This document shows, piece after piece, positions 22,056 through 31,827 of a DNA stretch of 50,575 nt (positions are counted from its first letter, which is position 1; every line of letters begins with the position of its first letter). Below the pieces are notes generated by a model that was not told where the DNA came from, made no database searches, and saw only the letters and a list, made by a program, of their open reading frames with translations. This DNA comes from a virus, in IMG/VR virus record IMGVR_UViG_3300045988_081930. One strand, written 5' to 3'. The position numbers and the translations under genes were made by a program.

Positions 22056-22772
22056 ATGGCGCGGAGATCGGATGCGAGGGATAAGGCGAAAGCTGAATAC
22101 ATCCGGCGGCGGGCTGTTGGGGAAAATATCAACCTGAAAGAATTTGCCGGGGAGATGGGCGCGAACTATGAGAGCTTGCGCCGGTGGAAGGTAAAGGACG
22201 GCTGGGAAAAGGACGTGCCGCGAAAGCGCGGCGGGCAGCCGGGAAACACGAACAGCAAGAAAAAGAAAAACGCAAAGGGCAATAAGGGCGGCGGCGCACC
22301 GACGGGAAACAAGAACGCCGAAAAGGACGGAGCGTACAGCGCCGTCTTTTTTGATGCCCTGCCGGACGCGGACAAGGATTTTTTAAACAAGACACCGACG
22401 GGGGCCGTGGAAAACCTGCTGCATGAGTTGAAAGTTTTGCGGTGGCGGGAAAAGAAAATCATTGAGAAAATCCACGAGTATGAGCAGGTGGAGGACGAAG
22501 AAACCCTGTACCTGAACGGCACGATGATGGACATGGAGATGAAGGACACGCCGTTTGCAAGAATCCAGAAATTGCAGGAGGCGTTGTACAAGGTGCAGGG
22601 CCGGGCGGCAACGATTGCCGGTGCGCTGCGGCAGGCCGAGGAAAACGACAGGCGGTACGAGCTTGAACGGGAACGGCTTGAACTGGCGAGGATGAAGGCC
22701 ACGGGCGAGGTTGAGGTTGAGGACGCGGAAACGGTGGCGGACGGGGATGCCGAAAATTTAGAGGACGGCTGA
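22056..22772 (+). CDS. Terminase small-subunit-like HTH protein
   Basis: N-terminal LKEFAGEMGANYESLRRWKVKDGWEKD, a basic G/K/N-rich linker and a coiled-coil C-terminus; ATG after GGAGGGAGG. Confidence 0.55.
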   Translation: MARRSDARDKAKAEYIRRRAVGENINLKEFAGEMGANYESLRRWKVKDGWEKDVPRKRGGQPGNTNSKKKKNAKGNKGGGAPTGNKNAEKDGAYSAVFFDALPDADKDFLNKTPTGAVENLLHELKVLRWREKKIIEKIHEYEQVEDEETLYLNGTMMDMEMKDTPFARIQKLQEALYKVQGRAATIAGALRQAEENDRRYELERERLELARMKATGEVEVEDAETVADGDAENLEDG

Positions 22773-22789
22773 CGGAAGGCCCGGGGAAA

Positions 22790-22839
22790 CTCCCTCCGGC
22801 CCTGCGGGGCCACCTCCCCCGCTGCGGCGGTGGAGGCAG
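22790..22839 (+). repeat. GC-rich M2 repeat (two c(UGCG)g hairpins)
   Basis: GGCCC-tgcg-GGGCC at 22798-22811; CCGC-tgcg-GCGG at 22819-22830. Confidence 0.8.
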
Positions 22840-22856
22840 AGACGAGGTGATGCGGT

Positions 22857-23348
22857 GTGACGCTGTATACGAGCAAGGCAGTGGCCCAGTGGTTGGGGCT
22901 GACGGAGAGACGGATACGACAGATGCGTGATGCTGGGATCATACGGGAAACGAAGCCGGGGCTGTATGACATGAAGCCTACGGTGCAAGCCTACCTTGCC
23001 TATTTGCGGAACAACACGGGCGATTTGAACCAGCAGCGGGCAGAGCTGACGAAAACGAAAAAGGAGCTTGCGAAGCTGGAATTGGACGAGCGCAAGGGCA
23101 ATCTGCACAGAACAGAGGACATAGAACAGGCGCTGACCACGATGCTGATGAACTTTAGGACGAAGGTCATGAGTATGCCTGCCAAGCTGGCAAAGACGCT
23201 GGCGGGCATGAGCGACAACGCCGAGATATACGACTTACTGAAAAAAGAAACGGATGAAGCGCTGGACGAGTTGAGCGACTACGACACAGCGTTTGCCGTA
23301 CAGCAGGAGGGCGCAGACGATGGAAGAACTGACGAAGAACCAGAGTAA
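22857..23348 (+). CDS. Nu1-like DNA-packaging protein (MerR-type HTH small terminase)
   Basis: SKAVAQWLGLTERRIRQMRDAGII; immediately upstream of the GpA-type TerL. Confidence 0.55.
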   Translation: MTLYTSKAVAQWLGLTERRIRQMRDAGIIRETKPGLYDMKPTVQAYLAYLRNNTGDLNQQRAELTKTKKELAKLELDERKGNLHRTEDIEQALTTMLMNFRTKVMSMPAKLAKTLAGMSDNAEIYDLLKKETDEALDELSDYDTAFAVQQEGADDGRTDEEPE

Positions 23349-23440
23349 ACGGTGCCGCGCCTGCGCTTTTGGTGAGGTCGTGAATGAGAGCACGGTGTTC
23401 TGCCCATTTGGGCGGTGCGCCGCAAAGAGGTTGCAGCGAT

Positions 23441-25279
23441 ATGGCAAAAAGAAAAACCATAGCCGTGCCGCCGCAGACAAGGGCGATGCTGGCGAGAGTG
23501 GTGGCAAAGCTGAAACCGCCGCCGGCCATGACGTTGAGCCAGTGGGCGGATAAAGAGCGGCGGTTAAGCCAGGGAGCAAGTGCCCTGCCGGGACGGTGGC
23601 GCACGGACAAGGCCCCCTACCAGCGCGGCATGATGGACGCAATCAGCGACCCCCATGTGCGCAAGGTGGTTGTGAAAAGCTGTGCGCAGATCGGCAAGAC
23701 GGATGCGTTGGTGCTGAACACCATCGGCTATTACATGAACTATAACCCCTCCCCCATTATGGTTTTGCAGCCGACGTTGGACATGGGACAGGGATTCAGC
23801 AAGGAGAAGCTAAGCCCGATGCTGCGCGACACGCCCTGCCTGCGCGGACTGGTGGATAACCGCAGCCGGATGAGCGGCAACACGATCTTGCTGAAAAACT
23901 ACCCCGGCGGGTATTTGGTCATAGTTGGCGCTAATAGCCCGGCCAGCCTTGCGAGCCGCCCCATCAAGGTGCTGCTGGCCGATGAGATAGACCGATACCC
24001 GGCCAGCGCCGGAACCGAGGGCGACCCGCTATCGCTTGCCGAGAAGCGGCAGACGACCTTTTGGGATAAAAAGCAGGTGTTTGTGAGCACGCCGACGCTG
24101 GAACAGACGAGCCGGATCAAGGTGGAGTTTGAGCACAGCACGCAGGAGGAGTTCCAAATCCCCTGCCCAAGTTGCGGACATTACCAGCCGCTTGTGTGGG
24201 CGAACCTGAAATTTGACCCGGAGAACCCGAAGGACCCGCAGCATGTGTGTGAGCGGTGCGGCGTGGCAGACAGTGAGACGCACTGGAAAAAACAGATGAT
24301 CCGCGGCGAGTGGGTGGCGAAATGCCCCGGAGAAGCGGCACGGGGATTCCACCTGACAACGCTTTGCTCGAGCTTTTGCAGCTGGGAGGAAGTAGTTGAA
24401 AAGTTTTTGAAGGCAAAGGAACAGCTGAACGCAGGAGACCCGGAGCTGATGAAAACATGGGTGAACACAGAGCTGGGCGAGACGTGGACAGAGCAGGGCG
24501 AAACCGTGGAGGAAGCAGACCTGTACGGGCGGCGCGAAGCCTACAAGGCGGATGTGCCGGACGATGTGGTAGTGCTGACTGCCGGAGTAGATACGCAGGA
24601 TGACCGCTTTGAAGTGGAGGTCGTGGGCTGGGGAGCCGGAAAGGAAAGCTGGGGCATACGCTACCAGAAGATTTACGGGGACCTTTTGAAGGATACGGTG
24701 TGGAAAGACCTTGACGAGTTTTTGGACAGAACGTGGTACAAGGCGGACGGCACGCCGATGAAGATCATAGCGACCTGCATGGACAGCGGCGGACACTTCC
24801 CCGATGAAGTGCTGCGGTTCTGCAAGGACAGATGGCACCGGCGCATATTTGCCATTAAAGGCCGCGGCGGTACGGATGTGCCCTACCTGAAAAACCCAAC
24901 GAAGAACAACCGCGTGAAAGCGCCGCTGTTCACGATTGGCGTTGACACCGGCAAGGGCATTTTGTACCAGCGGTTGAAGGTGAAGATGCCGGGGCCGAAC
25001 TACTGCCACTTCCCGCAGGGAGAAGCGGCGGGATATGACTACAACTACTTCCGCGGATTGACAGCGGAAAAGATGGTGGTGCGCTACCGCAAGGGGCGGG
25101 CTGTGATCGCATGGGAGCTGAAGGGCGACTACAAGCGCAACGAGCCGTTGGACCTGCGGAACTACGCCACGGCGGCGCTGGAAATTACAAACCCGGTGCT
25201 GGAAAGCAGCCCGGTGGCGGGTGAAGCGCAGCGCACCGTGCGGCGCACGGGCCGCAGACAGGTTAGCGGAGGTATTTAA
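23441..25279 (+). CDS. terL: Terminase large subunit, lambda GpA family
   Basis: LSQWADKERRLS..GRWRTDKAPYQRGMMDAISDP..VVVKSCAQIGKTD; internal ATG of ORF 23384..25279. Confidence 0.85.
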   Translation: MAKRKTIAVPPQTRAMLARVVAKLKPPPAMTLSQWADKERRLSQGASALPGRWRTDKAPYQRGMMDAISDPHVRKVVVKSCAQIGKTDALVLNTIGYYMNYNPSPIMVLQPTLDMGQGFSKEKLSPMLRDTPCLRGLVDNRSRMSGNTILLKNYPGGYLVIVGANSPASLASRPIKVLLADEIDRYPASAGTEGDPLSLAEKRQTTFWDKKQVFVSTPTLEQTSRIKVEFEHSTQEEFQIPCPSCGHYQPLVWANLKFDPENPKDPQHVCERCGVADSETHWKKQMIRGEWVAKCPGEAARGFHLTTLCSSFCSWEEVVEKFLKAKEQLNAGDPELMKTWVNTELGETWTEQGETVEEADLYGRREAYKADVPDDVVVLTAGVDTQDDRFEVEVVGWGAGKESWGIRYQKIYGDLLKDTVWKDLDEFLDRTWYKADGTPMKIIATCMDSGGHFPDEVLRFCKDRWHRRIFAIKGRGGTDVPYLKNPTKNNRVKAPLFTIGVDTGKGILYQRLKVKMPGPNYCHFPQGEAAGYDYNYFRGLTAEKMVVRYRKGRAVIAWELKGDYKRNEPLDLRNYATAALEITNPVLESSPVAGEAQRTVRRTGRRQVSGGI

Positions 25280-25282
25280 GCT

Positions 25283-25519
25283 ATGGCGGGAATCACGAAG
25301 AAAGAAGCGCAGCGGCACCTGGATATATGGCTTGAAGCGGAAGCACAGATCGCTACCGGGCAGAGCTACCAGATCGGCAGCCGTATGCTGACCCGTGCCG
25401 ACCTTGCCAGCGTGCGCAAGCAGATCGATTACTGGAATAACAAGGTGGAGCAGGCGGAGGCTGTGGAACAGAACCACGGGCGAAACCGTACCTACCACTT
25501 TGTGTACCGGGATCTGTAA
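25283..25519 (+). CDS. Head-tail joining protein, lambda gpW-like
   Basis: 78 aa, located between the GpA terminase and the lambda-type portal, as in lambda A-W-B. Confidence 0.5.
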   Translation: MAGITKKEAQRHLDIWLEAEAQIATGQSYQIGSRMLTRADLASVRKQIDYWNNKVEQAEAVEQNHGRNRTYHFVYRDL

Positions 25520-25531
25520 GGAGGGGCGGCT

Positions 25532-27100
25532 ATGAAAGCAAAAGTGAGAGCGGTGCGCCGTACCACTGCGCCGACGCTGACGGCGGTGCGCCGGGCACAG
25601 AACACCGGGTACAGCAACTACGGCGCGAACCGGCAGAAGAAGTCGCTGCGCGGATGGATGTACTACGGCGGCGATGCCAAGCGGGACATTGAGGACAACA
25701 TAGACACGCTGCGTCAGCGGAGCCGGGATGCTTACATGGGTGTGCCGACGGCCACGGCGGCGTTGAAAACGCTGCGCACCAACACGGTGGCGGCGGGCCT
25801 GACACCAACCCCGCAACTGGACGGTGAATACCTGCGCATGGACGTGGACAGGATCGCCGAATTGCAGGCAAACATTGTGCGCGAATGGAACCTGTGGGCA
25901 AAAAGCCAGATGTGCGACGCGGACGGGCTGGACAACTTTTACCAGCTGCAACAGCTGGCCTACTTATCCGCCCAGATGAACGGCGACGCCTTTGCCCTGC
26001 TGCAAACAGAGGACGCACCGGGGATGCCGTACAGCTTGCGGGTACGGCTGATCGAAGCTGACAGAGTATGCAGCCCGAACCTGATGGATGTGCTGACGCC
26101 AACGACCATTGACGGGTACAGCGTGCACAGGATCGTGCAGGGCGTGGAGACAGACGAGCGCGGCAAGGTGGTGGCCTACTGGATATGCAGCAGGCACCCG
26201 CTGGCGGCAGAGATGCAGGACGGCGCAACGACCTGGACGCGGGTGCAGGCCCGCGGAGACAGGACGGGGCGGCGGAACGTTTTACACATTATGCAGCGGG
26301 AACGAGCCGGGCAGGTGCGCGGCGTGCCGGTGCTGGCCCCGGTGCTGGAAAGCCTGAAGCAGTTGGGACGGTACAGCGACGCCGAGCTGAACGCAGCGGT
26401 CATCACGGCGGCCTACACGATCTTTATCGAAAAAGAAGCTGCCGGAGAAGCACCGCCGCTGGGTGAGATGATCCCGGAGGACCAGCTGATAGACGCAGCA
26501 GACCCGACAAGCATTGAGCTTGCCCCGGGCGCGGTGGTGGACCTGGCCCCCGGCGAGAAAATGAACGAAACGAAGCCGAGCAGGCCGAACGCAAACTTTG
26601 AAGCATTTTACCGGGCTGTAACAAAGGAAATCAGCGAAGCGCTGGAAATCCCCATTGAAGTGCTGGAAAAGAATTTCAGCACGAGTTACAGCGCGGCCCG
26701 CGGTGCACTGAATGAGTTCTGGCGCACCTGCGAGATGCAACGCAGTTGGTTTGCGGACAAGTTCTGCCAGCCGATCTACGAAATGTGGCTTGACGAAGCG
26801 GTAAGCCGAGGGCGCGTGAAAGCGCCGGGATATTTTACCGACCCGGCGGTTGCCGGCGCATACAGCGCCTGCAAGTGGAACGGCCCGGCAAGAACGAACC
26901 TGAACCCCATACAGGAAGTGATTGCCGCCGAAAAGCGCATTGCGCTGGGCATAAGCACGGCAGAGCAGGAGACCGCACAGATGACGGGCGGAAGCTACAC
27001 TGCTAACATCCGGCAACGGAAGATCGAAGCGGAGCAAAAAGCGGAGGTGGACAAGATTGGCAGCGAAGAAACAAAACAAACTGACCCGGGGGGCCGGTAA
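25532..27100 (+). CDS. Portal protein (lambda family)
   Basis: 522-aa ORF in the portal position, followed by the protease. Confidence 0.8.
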   Translation: MKAKVRAVRRTTAPTLTAVRRAQNTGYSNYGANRQKKSLRGWMYYGGDAKRDIEDNIDTLRQRSRDAYMGVPTATAALKTLRTNTVAAGLTPTPQLDGEYLRMDVDRIAELQANIVREWNLWAKSQMCDADGLDNFYQLQQLAYLSAQMNGDAFALLQTEDAPGMPYSLRVRLIEADRVCSPNLMDVLTPTTIDGYSVHRIVQGVETDERGKVVAYWICSRHPLAAEMQDGATTWTRVQARGDRTGRRNVLHIMQRERAGQVRGVPVLAPVLESLKQLGRYSDAELNAAVITAAYTIFIEKEAAGEAPPLGEMIPEDQLIDAADPTSIELAPGAVVDLAPGEKMNETKPSRPNANFEAFYRAVTKEISEALEIPIEVLEKNFSTSYSAARGALNEFWRTCEMQRSWFADKFCQPIYEMWLDEAVSRGRVKAPGYFTDPAVAGAYSACKWNGPARTNLNPIQEVIAAEKRIALGISTAEQETAQMTGGSYTANIRQRKIEAEQKAEVDKIGSEETKQTDPGGR

Positions 27101-28241
27101 TCACTTTTGGCAGGTAAAGAACCTTGCCGGTAACGAAGCAGAGCTGATCCTGTACGGCACGATCAGCGACAACAGCTGGTGGGGAGACGAGATCACCCCG
27201 CAGCAGTTTGTTGACGACATCAAGGGACTTGGCAGCATTGACACGCTGACCGTGCGGATCAACAGCGGCGGCGGCGATGTGTTTGCGGCGCAGGCAATCG
27301 GCGCACAGATCGACAGCCTGAACAAGGCGGGCACCGAGACGGTGTGCCGCATTGACGGGCTTTGTGCGAGTGCAGCCACGATCATTGCGGCGCACTGCAA
27401 AAGGACGGTGGCGAACAGCGACGCGCTGTACATGATCCACCTGCCGAGCGTGTGCCTGTGGGATGCCTGCGACGAGAACGACCTGCAAGCGTACCTGAAC
27501 GAGTTGAAGGCCGTGAAGGACAGCATTTTGCAGCTGTATGCCAAAAAGACAGGGCAGGACATGGATGTGCTGACCGGATGGATGGAGGACACAAGCTGGT
27601 TTACCGCCAACGAAGCCAAGGAGAATGGCTTTATTGACGAGGTGGACGAGGATGCCGAACCGGCCCTGATCGAGAACCGGGCCGGTGCGCTGTTTGTAAA
27701 CAGCGTGTACACCGGGCTTTGCATGAACGAAGCCCCTGACTATGTGAAAAGCGCCCTGCGCAAGCAGCGGCGCTTTTCTAATACAAAAAACCCGGCGGAT
27801 GCGCCGGAAAACAAGGAGGAACCCAAAATGGCAGAGAACAAGACCACCGGCGCACCTGCTGCACCGGCCATTACCACCGTGGACGCCCTGCGCACCGCAT
27901 ACCCCGACCTGGTGAAGCAGATCGAGAACGCGGCAGCACAGAGCGCCGCAACCGCCGAGCGTGCCCGCATCAAGGACATCGAGGACATGACGGCACCCGG
28001 CGACGAGCAGACCGCTTACGACGCCAAATTTGGCGACAAGCCGCAGGACGCCGCTGCCTATGCTATCGCCTGCATGAAGGCCCAGAAGGCCGCCGGCGCA
28101 AAGCACATGGCTGATGCCGAGGACGACGCGGCAAAGAGCGGCGTGAACGGCGTGAAGCAGGAAGAGCCCGCGGGCAAACCCAAGAACAGCGGCGAGGACA
28201 GCGCAATCGCCTGCATCCGCCGCGCCAACAACGTGAAGTAA
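27057..28241 (+). CDS. ClpP-like prohead protease fused to a scaffold-like C-terminus
   Basis: INSGGGDVFAAQAI...GLCASAATIIA...ALYMIHLPS; A/E/K-rich C-terminal half. Confidence 0.75.
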   Translation: MAAKKQNKLTRGAGNHFWQVKNLAGNEAELILYGTISDNSWWGDEITPQQFVDDIKGLGSIDTLTVRINSGGGDVFAAQAIGAQIDSLNKAGTETVCRIDGLCASAATIIAAHCKRTVANSDALYMIHLPSVCLWDACDENDLQAYLNELKAVKDSILQLYAKKTGQDMDVLTGWMEDTSWFTANEAKENGFIDEVDEDAEPALIENRAGALFVNSVYTGLCMNEAPDYVKSALRKQRRFSNTKNPADAPENKEEPKMAENKTTGAPAAPAITTVDALRTAYPDLVKQIENAAAQSAATAERARIKDIEDMTAPGDEQTAYDAKFGDKPQDAAAYAIACMKAQKAAGAKHMADAEDDAAKSGVNGVKQEEPAGKPKNSGEDSAIACIRRANNVK

Positions 28242-28253
28242 GGAGGAAGAACT

Positions 28254-28610
28254 ATGGCTATGGACCTTGCTGTGCAGACCTTTAGCACGAAGCCGGAGTA
28301 CCTGATCGCAGGTACGGACATTCGCATTACGACTGCCGTTAAGGCGGCCGGTGCCGCGCTGACCCGCGGCATGGTGGTATGCCTTGCCGACGGCAAGCTG
28401 AAGCAGCCCACCGTTACCGGCAGCGCTGACCACTATACCGTTGCCACTGACGGTATGTACGGAATTGTGGCTGACGATGCCGACAACGGCAAAGATGCCG
28501 TTGTGTACCTGACCGGCGAATTTTTTGCCGATGCACTGGTGCTGCCTGAACACGCCAAGGCCGCAGATGTGGAGATCGCACTGCGCAACATTGGCATTTT
28601 CCTGAAGTGA
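28254..28610 (+). CDS. Head decoration protein (lambda gpD-like)
   Basis: 118 aa between the protease and the MCP; ...DAVVYLTGEFFADAL. Confidence 0.55.
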   Translation: MAMDLAVQTFSTKPEYLIAGTDIRITTAVKAAGAALTRGMVVCLADGKLKQPTVTGSADHYTVATDGMYGIVADDADNGKDAVVYLTGEFFADALVLPEHAKAADVEIALRNIGIFLK

Positions 28611-28628
28611 AAAGAGGAGGAATGAGAT

Positions 28629-29666
28629 ATGCCTAACATGGTTGATCTGTACACCCCGCGCACGCTTGCCGAGGTTGTGAAAACCACCCCGCCGGTCCGC
28701 ACTTTTTTGCGTGACCGTTTCTTTACCAACGTCAAGACCTTCCCCACCGAGCGGGTTGACATTGACATTGTGAAGGGCAACCGCAAGATGGCTGCCTTTA
28801 TCCACCCGATGGTTGGCGGCGAGATCGTGCAGGCTGCGGGCTACGAGACCAAGAGCTATGCCCCGCCCCTGATCAACCCCGCCACGATCAGCACCGCAGA
28901 CCAGCTGTTGAAGCGCCTGCCCGGCGAGGATATGTACAGCGGCAAGACCCCGGCGGACCGCGCTGCCGAAAAGCTGATCGAGGAATACAACCAGCTGAAC
29001 GACATGACCACCCGCCGCGAGGAGTGGATGGCCGCGCAGGTACTTACCACCGGCCAGCTGAAGGTGAAGGGCAAGGGCGTTGACGAGGTGATCGACTTTG
29101 GGCTGACGAACAAGATCACGCTGGCGAGCACCAAGAAGTGGGGCACTTCCGCTGCCGACATCTGGGGAAACCTGAAGGACTGGAAGCAGCAGGTAAGCCG
29201 CAACGGCTTTGCCAACGCCAACATGGTGATCATGGGCAAGGCTGCCGCTGACGCCTTTTTGGCGGATGCCACCATCAAGAACCTGCTGGACAACCGCCGC
29301 ATTGAGATCGGCGCGATCAAGCCCGAGGAAATGGAGGGCGGCCTTACTTACTACGGCCACCTGAACCTGCCCGGTGTGGACATCTACGGCTACGATGAGG
29401 TCTATCTGGATGACGAGACGGGCAAGACCAAGCCGCTGATCCCCGACAATGTGGTGCTGATGATCCCGAGTGCTGCGAGCTTTATGCGTGCCTACGGCCT
29501 GTGCACCTATCTGGACGACGCCGGGGCATGGCACGAAGCCGAGACGGACCGCCTGCTGTGCACCTATGTGGAGCACCGCCCGGACCGCCGCTTTATCGAG
29601 TTGCAGACCCACCCGCTGCTGATCCCCGACAAGATCGACAGCTGGTTTGCGGCGACGGTGCTGTAA
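28629..29666 (+). CDS. Major capsid protein, lambda gpE family
   Basis: 345 aa; N-terminal LYTPRTLAEVVKTTPPVRTFLRDRFF; position after the decoration gene. Confidence 0.8.
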   Translation: MPNMVDLYTPRTLAEVVKTTPPVRTFLRDRFFTNVKTFPTERVDIDIVKGNRKMAAFIHPMVGGEIVQAAGYETKSYAPPLINPATISTADQLLKRLPGEDMYSGKTPADRAAEKLIEEYNQLNDMTTRREEWMAAQVLTTGQLKVKGKGVDEVIDFGLTNKITLASTKKWGTSAADIWGNLKDWKQQVSRNGFANANMVIMGKAAADAFLADATIKNLLDNRRIEIGAIKPEEMEGGLTYYGHLNLPGVDIYGYDEVYLDDETGKTKPLIPDNVVLMIPSAASFMRAYGLCTYLDDAGAWHEAETDRLLCTYVEHRPDRRFIELQTHPLLIPDKIDSWFAATVL

Positions 29667-29685
29667 GGGAAACGAGAGATCGGGC

Positions 29686-29840
29686 AAGGCTGCCCCTCAT
29701 CCGGCCCTGCGGGGCCACCTTCCCCCAAGGGAGAAGGCATGGGGAGAAGCTGCCCCCATCCGCCGCCTGCGGGCGGCACCTTCCCCCCTAGGGGGGTTAG
29801 GGATGAGAACTCCCTCCCCCGCTGCGGCGGAGGAGGCAGG
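29686..29840 (+). repeat. Largest composite GC-rich repeat (two M3 units plus a partial M2), after the MCP gene
   Basis: GGCCC-tgcg-GGGCC at 29703-29716; GCCGCC-tgcg-GGCGGC at 29762-29777; CCGC-tgcg-GCGG at 29819-29830; CTCATCC/GGATGAG outer inverted repeat. Confidence 0.85.
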
Positions 29841-29912
29841 GAGAGACGAGAACGGCGGAAACAGGGCGCCGAACGGAATGTGGCGGACGCGGAGTTATGG
29901 CCGGGTGAAGGG

Positions 29913-30311
29913 ATGGTTGGGATGGAATTAGAGCAGGATTACGGGCCGGGCACAGAGCCGGAAGAAAAGATGCTGACGTTCAAGGACTGCGCGGCGGCAG
30001 ACATTGACGACGTGTTTTTTAACACGGACGAGTTTGCCGACGAGCACACGATCAACGGGAAAAAGCTGCTGGCCGTGCTGGACGAAAACACCCTGATGGA
30101 CCGTAGTGCCCACTGGGAGGGCGGTGCGAAGCAGAGCTTTGACCAAGGGCTGTACAAGGCGGATGCCAAGCTGTTTGTGAAATGCAGGGAGCTGGGCGGA
30201 CGGCCAAAGGTGAGCAGCCCGATGATCGTGGACGGGAAAAAGTATCTTGTGGGCAACGTGGATGAAGAAGCGGGCGTGTACAGCGTGGAGCTTGTGAGGG
30301 TACGGCAATGA
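29913..30311 (+). CDS. Head-tail connector/completion protein (unassigned)
   Basis: Internal ATG after GGTGAAGGG. The ORF's upstream part is the repeat region. Confidence 0.5.
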   Translation: MVGMELEQDYGPGTEPEEKMLTFKDCAAADIDDVFFNTDEFADEHTINGKKLLAVLDENTLMDRSAHWEGGAKQSFDQGLYKADAKLFVKCRELGGRPKVSSPMIVDGKKYLVGNVDEEAGVYSVELVRVRQ

Positions 30312-31012
30312 GCAATTTTACCTGGTACGACGCAGGCACAACGACCATTGGCGTGAACGCCGAGGAAGTAAGCCAACGGTTGGGAGAATTGCGCCGGAAA
30401 ACACCAGCGGTAATCAAAGTGGCGGTGAACGCCACGGCGAGAGAGACGCGCAAGGAGATGCTGCGGCGCGTGCTGAAACGCTATGCACTGACGGCAAAGG
30501 GCAAGGAACGCGCCAAGGGCCTGAAACAGAAGGTAAAGGCCACAAATACTGACCCGGCGGCTGTGCTGTGGATCGGCGGCATCAACGGTGCGCGGGCTGA
30601 CCTTGCGTACTTCCAGCACCGGGTAACGGTGCCGCACCCGGGTTTGAGCTGGCAGACGGGACCGAGCGTGTTTAAGGCGCGGGTCCTGCGCAACGGCAGC
30701 TTGCATGACCTGACAGGCGGCGGCGCGTACAGCAAGGGCTTTCTGGCGGAGTTCAAGAGTACACACATCGGCATGATCCAGCGCCATATTGGCGCGGCCA
30801 GCAGCGAGACGACGACCAAGAGCGGCGCACCGCGCTGGCGCAGCGCAAGCGGCGTTGTGGAGGAAACGAGGACTTACGGTTCCCCATCCGGCACGGCACA
30901 GCACCATACCGTGTGGGAGAAAGAGGATGTGCATGTGTACGCTGAAAACACGCTGAACGACAGACTGGAAAAGCAGATCGCCAAAGTGATGGCAAGAGCA
31001 GCAAAGGGGTGA
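30308..31012 (+). CDS. Structural protein, head-tail junction (unassigned)
   Basis: 234-aa ORF, coupled start. Confidence 0.5.
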   Translation: MSNFTWYDAGTTTIGVNAEEVSQRLGELRRKTPAVIKVAVNATARETRKEMLRRVLKRYALTAKGKERAKGLKQKVKATNTDPAAVLWIGGINGARADLAYFQHRVTVPHPGLSWQTGPSVFKARVLRNGSLHDLTGGGAYSKGFLAEFKSTHIGMIQRHIGAASSETTTKSGAPRWRSASGVVEETRTYGSPSGTAQHHTVWEKEDVHVYAENTLNDRLEKQIAKVMARAAKG

Positions 31013-31018
31013 TGAAAC

Positions 31019-31540
31019 ATGCAGGGTGACAAGATTGCAGGATTTACCACCGCCATGATGCAGGATGCGCTTTGCGACGAGCTGCGAAACCTGTTTGCCG
31101 GGCGGAAGTTCAACGGGCAGGGCGGATTGAAAGCGCTGAAAGTGTTCCGCCAGAATTTGCCCATTGATACGGGACTGGACGAGGACGCCGACACGGACGC
31201 TGCGGCCAGCCCCTACATTGTGGTGCTGCTGGAGGGCGGGAAAATCTACAACCCGCAGGATGCAAAAGTGGTGAGCGCCACGCTGACCGTGTGCTGCTAC
31301 GACGAGGGCAACGAGCGAGACGGCTTTAGGGACGTGCAGAACATCCTGGAAGCGATTGAGCAGCACTTTTGCGTGAAGCCGTTTTTTGGCGGCGCGTTTA
31401 CGGTGCTGAAAGGGCACGAGCATTACTTTGAAGATGCGCTGCAAATGGACGACACATGGCCGTACTATTTTGGTGCGTTGAGCTTTGACGTGACCGTGCC
31501 GGTGCCGACGAGCGAAAGCACGTTTGATGAACTGATCTGA
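31019..31540 (+). CDS. Structural protein, tail completion/terminator candidate
   Basis: 173-aa ORF upstream of the sheath gene. Confidence 0.45.
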   Translation: MQGDKIAGFTTAMMQDALCDELRNLFAGRKFNGQGGLKALKVFRQNLPIDTGLDEDADTDAAASPYIVVLLEGGKIYNPQDAKVVSATLTVCCYDEGNERDGFRDVQNILEAIEQHFCVKPFFGGAFTVLKGHEHYFEDALQMDDTWPYYFGALSFDVTVPVPTSESTFDELI

Positions 31541-31553
31541 AAGGAGGCCGAAG

Positions 31554-31814
31554 ATGGCCGAGAAGAAAGAGAAACAGACGGCGCAGAAGCCGGAAGTGAT
31601 TGTGTACTGCGGGCCGAGCGTGCGCGGGATTGCCAAGCAGTACACCGTGTACCGCGGCAGACTGCCGGACGCGCTGGTAAAGTTTTTGGCAAAGCACCCG
31701 GCGGCACAGAGCTTGTGCGTACCGCTGAGCGAGTTTGCCGCGACCCGCGCCGGGCTGAACACCAAGGGATCGCCGCAGGCGACCTTGTACAAAACGATTT
31801 TGAACGAACTGTAA
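31554..31814 (+). CDS. Small structural-module protein
   Basis: 86-aa ORF, GGAGG RBS. Confidence 0.5.
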   Translation: MAEKKEKQTAQKPEVIVYCGPSVRGIAKQYTVYRGRLPDALVKFLAKHPAAQSLCVPLSEFAATRAGLNTKGSPQATLYKTILNEL

Positions 31815-31827
31815 GGAGGAAACAAAG

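Noticed and set aside
23293-23553. Small zinc-ribbon-like ORF (MEELTKNQSKRCRACAFGE...) between Nu1-like and TerL
   Set aside because: It would overlap the well-supported TerL start (23441) by over 100 nt in another frame, and its tail is G/A/E-rich filler. It is possibly real up to about 23440, but there is not enough support.
24029-25951. Very long antisense ORFs
   Set aside because: Examples are 24029..25951, 27003..29687, 29939..31867, 36146..38095, 38170..39912, 39720..41216, 44850..46202, 46576..48039 and 48076..49659. These are GC-rich shadow frames opposite clearly recognisable structural, RT or lysis genes. Their translations are R/P/A/G/H-rich and not protein-like.
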